From NCBI GenBank assembly GCA_964016885.1, contig OZ024764.1, positions 7,626,001-7,690,000 of the forward strand: a stretch of DNA of 64,000 nucleotides, read 5' to 3'. The stretch is from Eledone cirrhosa (Eukaryota). The translations under genes were made by a program, and so were the position numbers. Within the stretch, counting starts at the first letter, position 1, and every line of letters starts with the position of its first letter. Under the pieces are notes generated by a model. That model did no database searches and had not been told where the DNA came from. It worked only from the letters and a program-made list of their open reading frames with translations. This document shows, one piece after another, positions 26,502 to 39,205 of this stretch.

Positions 26502-27148
26502 ATAAGCAAGATGTATGGTAGGTCGTATGTGAATCGCGATGATCACGCCTGACCTACCAAATATGTGACGGTAGCTAGTTAAGCTCTATGCGTATAAGCA
26601 GAGCAGAAATATTAATGAAAAAGAACAAAGGAACTATTATGACATTATAACAAGTTTATTGCCGACAGCCGTTTCGTCCGACCCCATGGTGGGACTTATC
26701 AAGGCATATAACGTGATTGTAAGTTCATTATTTACATCAACGTATCACTTAAGACTAGCAGTTTGAAATTGTAGTATACATCAGCAGCTCCGCTTGTATA
26801 TTTGGGGTCTATATTCTAAGGGGGCTCTTTTATATAGACCCCAAATATACAAGCGGAGCTGCTGATGTATACCACAATTTCAAACTGCTAGTCTTAAGTG
26901 ATACGTTGATGTAAATAATGAACTTACAATCACATGTTATATGCCTTGAAAAGTCCCACCATGGGGTCGGACGAAACGGCAGTCGGCAATAAACTTGTTG
27001 TAATGTCATAATAGTTCCTTTGTTCTTTTTCATTAATATTTCTGCTCTGCTTATACGCATAGAGCTTAACTAGCTACCGTCACATATTTGGTAGGTCAGA
27101 CGTGATCATCGCGATTCACATACGACCTACCATACATCTTGCTTATAT
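26502..27148. mobile_element. ~310-bp-arm inverted duplication (Penelope-like pLTR) with U3-A8 variant hammerheads at 26660-26706(-) and 26942-26988(+)
   Basis: Arms nearly identical; TGCC-TTGA(T/A)AA-GTCC...GGAC-GAAAC-GGC(T/A)-GTC-GGCA. Confidence 0.82.
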
Positions 27149-28032
27149 TTATCATCATCATCATCGTTTAACGTCCGTGTTCCATGCTTGCATGGGTTTG
27201 GACGGGAGTTTTCCCACTTGAGGCAAGAGTGGTTGTCTTGCTCGCATAGGACTGTCTGGCGGGTTTTCTACAGTTGGATGCCCTTCCTAACACCAACCAC
27301 ATTTACAGTGTGGGGGCTGGGAGGTTTTTACCGTGTTGCCTACACGGCCACATTACAGCGTGGACTGTCTGGCAGGTTTTCTACAGCTGGATGCCCTTCC
27401 TAACACCAACCACATTTACAGTGTGGGACTGGGACGTTTTTACCGTGTTGCCTACACGGTCACATTACAGCGTGGACTGTGTGTTTTTTTTTCGTGACAC
27501 CTACACGATCTCATTTGTTTCGGCCTGGATTTTGTGGCACCAACATAACTTTACATTGAAAGGGGCGGTGTGGATGGGGTGGGGGTGGTGGGACGGGGGT
27601 GTATTTTGTTAGAGATGCCTACTGACTGTAGTAGGTTTTACTTTGTATTTAGGTAACGCGGGTCTTCTCTGTTACTAAGTACCGCCAAAGGTCTCGGTCC
27701 AGTGACATTGTCTTGGAGAGGTGTAAGTGTGTGAGGTCGGAATTTATCAGCTCGTCCCAGGTTTTTCTGGGTCTGCCTACTCCGTGGCTACCATCTATCT
27801 TTATTGCCCTGCACTTTGTTATACAGCTGTCGTCTTTCATATATTTATATATATAAAAATGAGGTAAATATCTCACTGAGTACTAAGTACCCATAGAGAT
27901 ATATAGGGTGTCTATAATATCATCAATTTTTATAGTTCTGGTATCTCGAATTAGTACCAAAGAACAACAATTATATTATAGACACCCTATATATCTCTAT
28001 GGGTACTTAGTATTCAGTGAGATATTTACCTC

Positions 28033-28088
<56 letters not shown>

Positions 28089-28848
28089 ATATTTGGGGAG
28101 GGTCATATTTGCGTAATATTGCCAGAATTAATAACCACTCACTGTTTGGTTGGTTTTCGCTTCTCGCTGTCTTTTATATCTGCGATCTAACTTACTCGGT
28201 CCTCAATGTTGCCATTGACTGACCGGCGGTCAAAAATAATACAGATACAATATAGACACAAATACAATATATAAACAGTTTTATAAATAATTTTGACGTA
28301 CTATAAACCGGCTTCTTACATAACGGTTGCTCAATATTTATGGTACGTCAAAATTATTTATAAAACATAATAGTTCCTTTGTGTCTATATTGTATCTGTA
28401 TTATTTTTGACCGCCGGTCAGTCAATGGCAACATTGAGGACCGAGTAAGTTAGATCGCAGATATAAAAGACAGCGAGAAGCGAAAACCAACCAAACAGTG
28501 AGTGTGTTCTGTTATTAATTCTGGCAATATTACGCAAATATGACCCTCCCCAAATATAACAATATCTGTTTCGACACACGATTTCATATAAAAAACCTCG
28601 CTAAACTATATATATATATATATATACGATATTAAACAAATGGAAACTATATTTATAAAACCATATTTATTTCATTATACATATTTCGGGGATACCATAT
28701 TAAAAATACGGCATGCCTTCTTCAGATAAAATACAATATATAAACAGTTTTATAAATAATTTTGACGTACCATAAATATTGAGCAACCGTTATGTAAGAA
28801 GCCGGTTTATGGTACGTCAAAATTATTTATAAAACTGTTTATATATTG

Positions 28849-28914
28849 TATTTTATCTGAAGAAGGCATGCCATATTTTTAATATGGTATCCCTGAAATA
28901 TGTATAATGAAATA
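28849..28914 (+). ncRNA. Minimal hammerhead ribozyme in palindrome 28626-28957 (mirror ~28668-28733 on -)
   Basis: TATTTTAT-CTGAAGA-AGG..CCT-GAAA-TATGTA-TA-ATGAAATA. Confidence 0.8.
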
Positions 28915-29430
28915 AATATGGTTTTATAAATATAGTTTCCATTTGTTTAATATCGTATATCTACTCCAAAACTTGTCGAGTGCTTTATATCAGTTATAAA
29001 ATATTTACTTGTTGTAACCCAACAATTTTAAATAAAACTTTTGCATATATAAGGATAGATCGACTTTCGTCAAATCGGACCGAGGAAACAATGTTTCCGT
29101 CGGTCTTTCCAGTTGCTAATACTATCTATCGGTCGCAACTCCAGGTAGAAGGAGCAACGTGAAATAAAGTGTCTTGCTCAAGGACATAACGCATCACCTG
29201 GTCCACGAATCGAACTCACAACCTCAAGATTGTGAATCCAATTCTCTAACCACTCAGCCACACGCCTTCACTATATATATATATATAAATGTCTTGCTTT
29301 GTTTAGTATAATTGTTCTCATATTTTTCCTTTTTCTTCTTTCGCATCCAATCCAGATATGTGACCCCCACTCAAACATACACACACCACACCACACCACA
29401 CCACACCCCAGGGAAGAAAGGGGTGGTGTG

Positions 29431-29814
29431 ATGGTGCACAGTAAGCTTCAGTTGGAGGTGATCCATTTATACCGGAATCTTCTTCGGGCCGCCCGTACCA
29501 AGCCGGGCTTCAAGTCGTATATCGTCAGCGAGTTCCGGCGAAACGTGGCCATCCCAAGACACAACATTCTCCGCATCGAGCACCTGCTGAGGAACGGCAG
29601 GAAGAAACTTGCTCTAATTGAGAGCCACCAGGTCCAGAGTCTGGGTGTCTTTCACAAAGACGACGACGACGACAACAACAACAGCAACATTACCCAGAAA
29701 TCTGACAGTCCTGGCACGCCCACCACCGCTGACAAGAGCAACACCATCACTTCAACACCAACCACTGCTGCTACTACTACTACTACTAACCACCACCAGA
29801 AAGACATCAAATAA
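29431..29814 (+). CDS. SDHAF1: Succinate dehydrogenase assembly factor 1 (LYR-motif protein), 127 aa with Thr/Asn-rich tail
   Basis: MVHSKLQLEVIHLYRNLLRAARTKPG....SEFRRN..IPR.NILRIEHLLRNGRKKL matches the SDHAF1/Sdh6 pattern; acceptor tttcgcatccaatccag at 29355. Confidence 0.92.
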   Translation: MVHSKLQLEVIHLYRNLLRAARTKPGFKSYIVSEFRRNVAIPRHNILRIEHLLRNGRKKLALIESHQVQSLGVFHKDDDDDNNNSNITQKSDSPGTPTTADKSNTITSTPTTAATTTTTNHHQKDIK

Positions 29815-31018
29815 CAGCTGATACTACTACTACTACAACAGCTACCACAGCTGATACTACCACTACTACTACTGCTACCACAGCTGATACTACCACTACT
29901 ACTACTACTACAACAGCTACCACTATCAGCAACCACCACTGATACTACCACCACTACTACTACAACAGCTACCACCACCACCACCAGCAGCAACCACCAC
30001 TGATACTACCACCGCTACTACTACAACAGCTACCACAGCTGATACTACCACTACTACTACTACTACAACAGCTACCACCACCACCACCACCAGCAACCAC
30101 CACTGATACTACCACCACTACTACTACTACAGCTACCACCACCATCACCACCAGCAACCACAGCTGATACTACCACCACTACCACTACCACTACTACCAC
30201 TACTACTACTACTACTACAATAGTTACCACCACCAGCAACCACAGCTGATACTACCACCACCGCCACCACTACTACTACTACTACAACAGCTACCACCAC
30301 CACCAGCAACCACAGCTCATACTACCACCACTACTACTACTACTACTACAACAGCTACCACCACCACCACCAGCAACCACAGCTCATACTACCACCACTA
30401 CTACTACTACTACTACAACAGCTACCACCACCACCAGCAACCACAGCTCATACTACCACCACTACTACTACAACAGCTACCACCACCACCACCAGCAACC
30501 ACAGCTGATACTACCACCACTACTACTACTACTACAACAGCCACCACCACCACCAGCAACCACAGCTGATACTACCACCACTACTACTACAACAGCTACC
30601 ACCACCACCACCAGCAACCACAGCTGATACTACCACCACCACTACTACTACTACTACAACAGCCACCACCACCACCAGCAACCACAGCTGATACTACCAC
30701 CACTACTACTACTACTACAACAGCCACCACCACCACCAGCAACCACAGCTCATACTACCACTACTACTACTACTACAACAGCTACCACCACCACCACCAG
30801 CAACCACAGCTCATACTACCACCACTACTACTACAACAGCTACCACCACCACCACCAGCAACCACAGCTGATACTACCACTACTACTACTACTACAGCAT
30901 AAACAACTACCACCACCACCACCACCACCACTACTACTACAACATAAACAACAACAACAACATTAGTTAAGATGACATCACTAAATATCACCACCACCAC
31001 CACCACCACCACCACCAG
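29815..31018. repeat. (ACT/ACC/ACA)n-based compound minisatellite between SDHAF1 and TAMM41
   Basis: ~60-bp degenerate units CAGCTGATACTACCACC...CAGCAACCA. Confidence 0.9.
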
Positions 31019-33053
31019 ACGGTTGATGTGGTGGTGGAGGTGGCGTCAGTGTGGCACATGTGCCATACACAGGTCAGTGCCGGCGTCACAACAGTGTCAC
31101 TCCGGTGTCACAACACCACCACTTCATACCCTTTCCTCTCCACCACAGCCTCTTCTGCGACACCCATGTGCCACCTTCCGCTCCTCCCGTGCCGCCAGCT
31201 CCTTCTGCGACACGGCTCTCCTGCCCCAGTACATGCCCACCTCTATACGTGCCATCTCCACCATCTTGGCTCCCCGCGTGCCACCGACCTCCTCGACAGA
31301 CGACACCAAAACCTGTGCAGGCTCCACTCGAGCCACCACCACAACTCAAGCCAGCTCCCCTTCTGGTACCTCCACTCAAGCAAGATCCACTCGACCCACC
31401 TCGACTCGACCCGCCTCTACTCAGGCAAGCTCCACTCAAGCCAGCTCCCCTTCTGGTACCTCCACTCAAGCAAGATCCACTCGACCCACCTCCACTCGAC
31501 CCGCCTCTACTCAGGCAAGCTCCACTCGAGCCAACTTCCCTTCCGCTACCTCCACTCGAGCTACCTCTACTCAAGCAAGCCCCACTCGAGCCAACTTCCC
31601 TTCCGCCAGCTCCACTCAATCTACTTCTACTCAAGCAAGCTCCACTCGAGCCAACTTCCCTTCCGCTACCTCCACTCGAGCTACCTCTACTCAAGCAAGC
31701 CCCACTCGAGCCAACTTCCCTTCCGCCAGCTCCACTCAATCTACTTCTACTCAAGCAAGCTCCACTCGAGCCAACTTCCCTTCCGCTACCTCCACTCGAG
31801 CTACCTCTACTCAAGCAAGCCCCACTCGAGCCAACTTCCCTTCCGCCAGCTCCACTCGATCTACTTCTACTCAAGCAAGCTCCACTCGAGCCAACTTCCC
31901 TTCCGCTACCTCCACTCGAGCCAGCTCTTCTCACTCTTCCCCCCCGTCTACCCCCACCGCTGCCAATACCACCAGCAGCACCACCACCACCATCGTACCT
32001 GTGTACACACCACCAGCCTCCTCAACCCTCACCCCGACATTAACGGACGACGACGCTGAAAGCAAGCTTCAGGAATTCTTCGACGAGGCGGTGGTGCCGG
32101 CTTTCCCCGAGGGGATCCAGTGTTCGTTTGCATACGGATCGGGAGCCTTCCAGCAGCAGGGGACGGACCACATCAGCAAAAACATGCTCGACTTCATCTT
32201 CGTGGTGGACGACCCCGTCGCATGGCATGCGGAGAACCTGCAGCGCAACCGAACCCACTACTCGGCTCTCAAGTTCCTCGGGACGCGTGCCATTGCTCAC
32301 ATCCAGCAGCAGTACGGAGCAGGCATCTACTTCAACACGCTGGTCCCGCTCGGCGCCCGGCTCATCAAGTACGGTGTGGTAAGCACCGACCACCTCGTCA
32401 CGGACCTCTTCGACTGGGAGACGTTGTACGTGAGCGGGAGGCTACACAAGCCGGTGTTGACCGTCAGAAAGCCAACGAACCCGGATCTCGTTGTCGCCCT
32501 CGACAACAACCTCCACAGCGCCGTTCACGCGGCCCTTATTCAGCTCCCGGACACGTTCACAGAGGAGGAACTCTATGTAAGCATCGCCAACCTCTCATAT
32601 TCTGGAGATTTCCGCATGTCAATTGGAGAGGACCGGAACAAAGTCTCGAACATAGTCGTTCCGAATGTTCCAAAGTTCCGTTCGATGTACTCCGACATCC
32701 TCGAGTCGGAGGAGCATGTGTTCTACAACGTAACCAGGCAAACGTACGAGCAGTACCCGAACCACATCTCGCAGTATCACCACCTGAACCTGCTGCCGAA
32801 AACTGTCCACATTAACTTGGTGGCGCTCTGTAACGCCAACCGAGCCATTCCTGACACGGAAGATGTACTGCGAAACCTCGCCAATGACCCACACTGCGGC
32901 ACCTACGTGGCGAAATGTATCTCGGACATTGTCAAAAGATCTAGCTACAGCCAGAGTGGAAAGACTATTCTTACGGCTGGATTCACGAAGTCTGTAAAAT
33001 ATAGTTCGAAAAAATTGTTAAAAATGTTAAAAAGTGTGAAAAATAAAAAATAA
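30972..33053 (+). CDS. TAMM41: Mitochondrial phosphatidate cytidylyltransferase Tam41, intronless, with long Ser/Thr repeat N-terminal extension (alternative start 31026)
   Basis: FAYGSGAFQQ, MLDFIFVVDDP..WH..NL..N..HYS, IKYGVVS..L..DL.DWETLYVSGRLHKPV, LSYSGDFRM..GED..KV.NIV; AATAAA cluster 33042-33074. Confidence 0.95.
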   Translation: MTSLNITTTTTTTTTRRLMWWWRWRQCGTCAIHRSVPASQQCHSGVTTPPLHTLSSPPQPLLRHPCATFRSSRAASSFCDTALLPQYMPTSIRAISTILAPRVPPTSSTDDTKTCAGSTRATTTTQASSPSGTSTQARSTRPTSTRPASTQASSTQASSPSGTSTQARSTRPTSTRPASTQASSTRANFPSATSTRATSTQASPTRANFPSASSTQSTSTQASSTRANFPSATSTRATSTQASPTRANFPSASSTQSTSTQASSTRANFPSATSTRATSTQASPTRANFPSASSTRSTSTQASSTRANFPSATSTRASSSHSSPPSTPTAANTTSSTTTTIVPVYTPPASSTLTPTLTDDDAESKLQEFFDEAVVPAFPEGIQCSFAYGSGAFQQQGTDHISKNMLDFIFVVDDPVAWHAENLQRNRTHYSALKFLGTRAIAHIQQQYGAGIYFNTLVPLGARLIKYGVVSTDHLVTDLFDWETLYVSGRLHKPVLTVRKPTNPDLVVALDNNLHSAVHAALIQLPDTFTEEELYVSIANLSYSGDFRMSIGEDRNKVSNIVVPNVPKFRSMYSDILESEEHVFYNVTRQTYEQYPNHISQYHHLNLLPKTVHINLVALCNANRAIPDTEDVLRNLANDPHCGTYVAKCISDIVKRSSYSQSGKTILTAGFTKSVKYSSKKLLKMLKSVKNKK

Positions 33054-33143
33054 AAAATAAAATATTAAAATAAAAAATTAAAATGTCAGAAATTAGAAGT
33101 ATTATTGTTTTTTGTTTTTAAATATATATATATCATCATTTAA

Positions 33144-34332
33144 CCCTTTAGCATTTACATTACTCTATATATACTATTGTATTTTAATGTTAAAGGCTTT
33201 ACCTCACATAATATCTCACATGACATTTACATTACTCTATATATACTATTGTATTGTCACAGTAAAGGCTTTACCTCCCATAATATCTCACATAACATTT
33301 ACATTACTCTATATATACTATTGTATTTTCACAGTAAAGGCTTTACCTCACATAATATCTCACATAACATTTACATTACTCTATATATACTATTGTATTT
33401 TCACAGTAAAGGCTTTACCTCCCATAATATCTCACATAACATTTACATTACTCTATATATACTATTGTATTGTCACAGTAAAGGCTTTACCTCCCATAAT
33501 ATCTCACATAACATTTACATTACTCTATATATACTATTGTATTTTCACAGTAAAGGCTTTACCTCACATAATATCTCACATAACATTTACATTACTCTAT
33601 ATATACTATTGTATTTTCACAGTAAAGGCTTTACCTCCCATAATATCTCACATAACATTTACATTACTCTATATATACTATTGTATTGTCACAGTAAAGG
33701 CTTTACCTCCCATAATATCTCACATAACATTTACATTACTCTATATATACTATTGTATTTTCACAGTAAAGGCTTTACCTCACATAATATCTCACATAAC
33801 ATTTACATTACTCTATATATACTATTGTATTTTCACAGTAAAGGCTTTACCTCCCATAATATCTCACATAACATTTACATTACTCTATATATACTATTGT
33901 ATTGTCACAGTAAAGGCTTTACCTCCCATAATATCTCACAAAACATTTACATTACTCTATATATACTATTGTATTTTCACAGTAAAGGCTTTACCTCACA
34001 TAATATCTCACATAACATTTACATTACTCTATATATACTATTGTATTTTCACAGTAGAGGCTTTACCTCACATAATATCTCACATAACATTTACATTACT
34101 CTATATATACTATTGTATTTTCACAGTAAAGGCTTTACCTCACATAACATTTACATTACTCTATATATACTATTGTATTTTCATGGTAAAGGCTTTACCT
34201 CACATAATATCAACTCTATGAGATTTTAATATTTATTTTGAGAACAATACCTTAATATCAGTATGAGTGGCCAGTTTGAACAGAAAGGTGAGAGAATTCT
34301 GGCCAGATATAGTCAGTTTAAATGCTAAAGGG
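33144..34332 (+). mobile_element. piggyBac-type MITE containing a 72-bp tandem array (~15 units)
   Basis: TTAA|CCCTTTAGCATTTA ... TAAATGCTAAAGGG|TTAA. Confidence 0.85.
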
Positions 34333-35635
34333 TTAATGTCCATTTTCCCCCACAGTGAGTATATATATATCATCATCATCATGGTCGGGTGACCGTGTCT
34401 CGCTCATATAGGACTATCTGGCAGGTTTTCCCTTAGGATGGTTAGGATGCCCTTCCTAACACCAACTACATTTACAGTGTGGAACTGGGAACTTTTTACC
34501 GTGTTACCTACATAGCCACATTACAGCGAGGACTGTGTTTTTTTCTCATGACACTTACACAATCTCGATCTTGATCTCATTATCTCATTTATTTGGACTG
34601 GATGTTGTGGTACCAACTTTACAGAGAGAGGGTAGTGTTGGTGGGAGTGGGAGTAGAGGGTGGTATTGGTGGGAGGGTAGGGTAGGGGTAGGAGAGTGGG
34701 GTGTATATTTGGTTAAGAGGTGCCTACATGACTGTAGGTTTTGCTTTGTACATAGGCAAGGCGGGTCTTCTGTCTTACTGTGTAGCGCCAAAGATCTCGG
34801 TCCAGTGACATTGTCTTAGAGAGGTGTAAGGTCAGAATTTATCAGATCGTCCCAGGTTTTTCTGGGTCTACCTACTCCGTAACTACCATCAATTTTGATC
34901 ACCCTGCACTTTTTTATGCAGCTGTCGTCTTTCATGCGCATTACGTGACCATACCAACGTAATCTTCTCTCAAGTAAACAGCATCTGATCCCACTTAGTT
35001 CATTTATGCTTTGCCGTTCACGTATATTACTATTACACATCCAGCGGCGTATGCAGCTTCGTTCCTCTCCAGTCTGCGCAGGTCCTCTGCACGCAATGCC
35101 CATGTCTCACTGCCATATATATACGACCACCATCATACAGACACCTGCCCTACACACACACACACAAAAACAGTCCCCCACCACACATACTCAATTTCAA
35201 CCCAATTTGCTGACCTATTAATATAAGATAACATTTTATTATATCTTTTCAAAAATACATTCTGATGAAAGTATAAGTACATTAGTTTATGGGGAGGGGA
35301 GGTTGAAAAGAAGGTTACACCGACTACAATAAGTGACAGGTACTTCATTTTAGCCCTGAGAATTATGTAAAGAGAACATAGAAATATATACACAGTGTAT
35401 GTATGTATATATATACAGTATATATATGTATATATACACACATACAACAACTGTACCTATTTACTGAAGTAACATAAACCTTTGATCAGGAACAACCTGT
35501 GTTTATACATAAAATTTTATAAATATACTCACATATGCATATATATATATATATATACACACACACACCCATATATATATATATCATCATCATCGTTTAA
35601 CGTCTATCTTCTACACTAATATATATATACATACA

Positions 35636-36650
35636 GGCAGCTGGGCCTTCGGAGATAGTTGCTGAGATGTTGAAGGCATCTGGAATGGTGGGACATACTA
35701 TGGTCACCCGTATAGTTAACCAAGTAATACAGAATGGGGTCATACCAAAAGACTGGCGTAACAGCAGCATCATTAACTGCTACAAGGGTAAAGGGCATGC
35801 TCTAGATGGGGGAAACTATAGAGGTATTAAGTTAGCTGACCAGGTCATGAAGGTCACAGAAAGAGTTATAGCGCAACTAATCAGAGAGCGAATTGATCTA
35901 GATGAAATGCAGTTTGGGTTTGTGTCAGGTAAAAGTACCACAGATGCTCTTTTCCTTGTACGACAACTACAAGAAGTATCTAGCTAAAAGTAAACCCCTC
36001 TACTTAGCTTTTGTAGACCTGGAGAAAGCCTTTAACAGAGTCCCCCTCTCCATTATCTGGTGGGCTCTTAGAAAACTAGGTGTAGATGAATGGCTTGTGA
36101 GAGCTATACAAGCTATGTATAAAGAAACAGTCAGTAAGGTTAGAATTAACAGTGAATATTGTGAAGAATTTAGTGTAAAAGTTGGTGTTCATCAGGGCTC
36201 TGTCCTTAGCCCCCTCCTATTTATTATTGCCCTTCAGGCTATAACGGGGAGTTTAAGACCGGCTGCCCATGGGAACTCCTATACGCAGATGATCTAACGC
36301 TCATAGCTGAATCAATGGCTGAACTAGAGAAGAAATTCCAGACATGGAAGAATGGCCTAGAATCAAAAGGTCTTAAAGTTAACTTGTCTAAGACTAAAGT
36401 TCTAGTTTGTAGAAAGGAAAATAGGGCACAGGCGCCCTCAGGGAAATGGCCATGCTCAGTGTGTAGGGAAGGAGTAGGCAGAAATTCCATTTTATGTCCC
36501 AAATGCAAAGTATGGGTACATAAAAGATGTGGGATCACAGGTAAACTATCTAAGAACGTAGACTTTATATGTGGCCGATGCTCAGGTGCAATAGGTAGCA
36601 AGTGTCCACAGGATACTAGCCCCTTCTATTGCCCAGATGGTTCTATAGAA
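35636..36650 (+). mobile_element. RTE-clade LINE reverse transcriptase fragment (frameshifted)
   Basis: YKGKG..NYRGIKL, QFGF, FVDLEKAFNRVP, GVHQGSVLSPLLF, LLYADDL, followed by Cys-rich CxxC..CxxC..HxxC..CxxC. Confidence 0.92.
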
Positions 36651-36711
36651 AAAGACATTTTTTCCAATTCCATCTTGCCCGTCCTCTCAATCTATTTTAT
36701 TTCTCATTCTT

Positions 36712-36747
36712 TCTTCTGATGAAGGACTAGCGTCCGAAACGTTAAGA
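36712..36747 (+). ncRNA. Minimal hammerhead ribozyme
   Basis: TCTT-CTGATGA-AGGAC TAGC GTCC-GAAAC-GTT-AAGA; palindromic AACGTT. Confidence 0.7.
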
Positions 36748-37017
36748 CCCTTTTCCTGCTATATCAAGCGTTAACCTAATATATCCCTTCCATATACTGT
36801 ACTGATTGTGTTGTTATTTCTGTTTACATTTTACATACATATATATATATCATCATCATCATCATCACTGTTTTACGTCCGTTCTTCCATGCTAGCATGG
36901 GTTAGATGGGTTGTCCTGTTGTGGGCAGTGTCCGGTCGGCTGACCTTGTCTTGCTCATACAGGAACTGATTTTGGCTTGATTGCTACAGCTGGATGTCCT
37001 TCCTAACACTAACCTCA

Positions 37018-37575
37018 TTTACAGTGAGTGCTGGGTGCTTTTTTGCCATGGTGCCTCCACGACCACTTTACAGTGTGGGCTGGGTGCTTTTTTGCCGTGG
37101 TGCCTCCACGACCACTTTACAGTGAGTGATGGGTGCTTTTTTGCCGTGGCGCCTCCACGTCCACTTTACAGTGTGGGCTGGGTGCTTTTTTGCCGTGGTG
37201 CCTCCATGACCACTTTACAGTGAGTGCTGGGTGCTTTTTTGCCGTGGTGCCTCCACGACCACTTTACAGTGTGGGCTGGGTGCTTTTTTGCCGTGGCGCC
37301 TCCACGTCCACTTTACAGTGTGGGCTGGGTGCTTTTTTGCCGTGGCACCTCCACGACCACTTTACAGTGAGTGCTGGGTGCTTTTTTGTCGTGGTACCTC
37401 CACGACCACTTTACAGTGAGTGCTGGGTGCTTTTTTGCCGTGGTGCCTCCACGACCACTTTACAGTGTGGGCTGGGTGCTTTTTTGCCGTGGCGCCTCCA
37501 CGTCCACTTTACAGTGTGGGCTGGGTGTGTTTTTGCCGTGGCACCTCCACGACCACTTTACAGTGTGGGTTGGGT
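37018..37575. repeat. 42-bp tandem array expanded from within a SINE/RTE-tail element (related array 51290-52020)
   Basis: Unit TTTACAGTG(A/T)G(T/G)GCTGGGTGCTTTTTTGCCGTGG(T/C)GCCTCCACGACCAC. Confidence 0.9.
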
Positions 37576-39205
37576 ACTTTATAATTATATGTATATATAT
37601 AATACTAAAACTCTGTGATTGCTTGCTTGTCTCTAATGTAGTACAACCAAAAGGGCGCATAATGGGAAAATACTTTGAAAGGAAGTTGCCCCTGAAATGG
37701 GAATACAAATGGAATAAAACAAATAAAACAAATCGCGTAAATCGGAGCATGAGTTCCCGAGATATGGGGTTTTTCTGGGTACCTTCATAAACAGAGAGAG
37801 AGGGAGAGAGATAGTGGCTGTGGGAGAGTAGATTGAAAGAGAGACAGAGAGAGAGAGGGAGAGGAGACAGAGAAGGAGAATGTGTGTGTGTATATATATG
37901 TTTGTGTGTCTATGACCAGTGTATATAGATCACAGACACCCACATATATATATATATACACACACATACATATATATATGTATATATACATACACATTTA
38001 TATACATATGGCCTTGTATATTGTAATTATATAAAAAATATTTTAAAATAAATGTTACCCAACGGGTCATGGGTGCTCTAGTAGATATATATAAAATATA
38101 TAAAATATTAACAAGAAAATAGGCCAGACTCCACAAACATCAACACCATCACTACCACCACCACCACAACTGTCACTATCTCCACCACCACCACCACCAC
38201 AACTGTCACTATCTCCACCACCACCACCACTAACACCATCACCAACACCATCACTACCACCACCGCCATAACTGTCACTATCTCCACCACCACCAACATC
38301 ACCACCACCACCATCACCACTATTACCACCACCATCACCACCACCACTACCATCACCACCACCAACATCACCACCACCAACATCACCACTACCACCACCA
38401 ACATCACCACCACAAACACCACCACCATCACCACCACCACCAATACCACCACTACCAACATCACCACTACCACCACCAACATCACCACTACCACCACCAT
38501 TACCACCACCTTCATCACCATCACCACCACCACCACTACCACCAACATCACCACTACCACTACCACCAACATCACCACTACCACCACCACCACCAACACA
38601 GTCACCACCACCACCATCATCACCACCACTACCACCACCACTACCACCAACATCACCACTACCACCAACATCACCACCACCACCACAGTCACCATCACCA
38701 CCACCACTACCACCACCACCAACATCACCACTACCACCAACATCACCAACATCACCACCACCAACATCACCACCACAAACACCACCAATACCACCACTAC
38801 CAACATCACCACTACCACCACCAACATCACCACTACCACCACCATTACCACCACCTTCATCACCACCACCACCACCACCACCACCACCACCACCACCACC
38901 ACCACTACCACTACCACCAACATCACTACCACCACCACCACCATCACCACCACCAACACAGTCACCACCACCACCACCACTACCACCACCACCACCAACA
39001 TCACCACCACCACCAACACAGTCACCACCACCACCACCACCATCATCACCACCACCACTACCACCAACATCACCACTACCACCAACATCACCACCACCAC
39101 CACCACCACCACCACCAATACTATCTCCACCACCACCATCACCAACAACTTACCTTTTTCAGTAGTAATACTTATTACAGAGGACCACCAAAAACTCGCT
39201 TCGCT

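Noticed and set aside
29299-29430. N-terminal hydrophobic extension of the SDHAF1 ORF
   Set aside because: Starts at a non-ATG codon within the intron polypyrimidine tract; homology begins at ATG 29431
31028-32059. Overlapping alternative-frame ORFs over the TAMM41 N-terminus
   Set aside because: Explained by C-rich repeats lacking stops; no independent evidence
33112-34229. Hydrophobic repeat ORFs (also 44337-45725)
   Set aside because: 72-bp MITE-derived array; frame stays open because the unit is a multiple of three
37018-37575. CRISPR-like regular repeats (also 23635, 41803)
   Set aside because: No unique spacers, no cas genes, eukaryotic context
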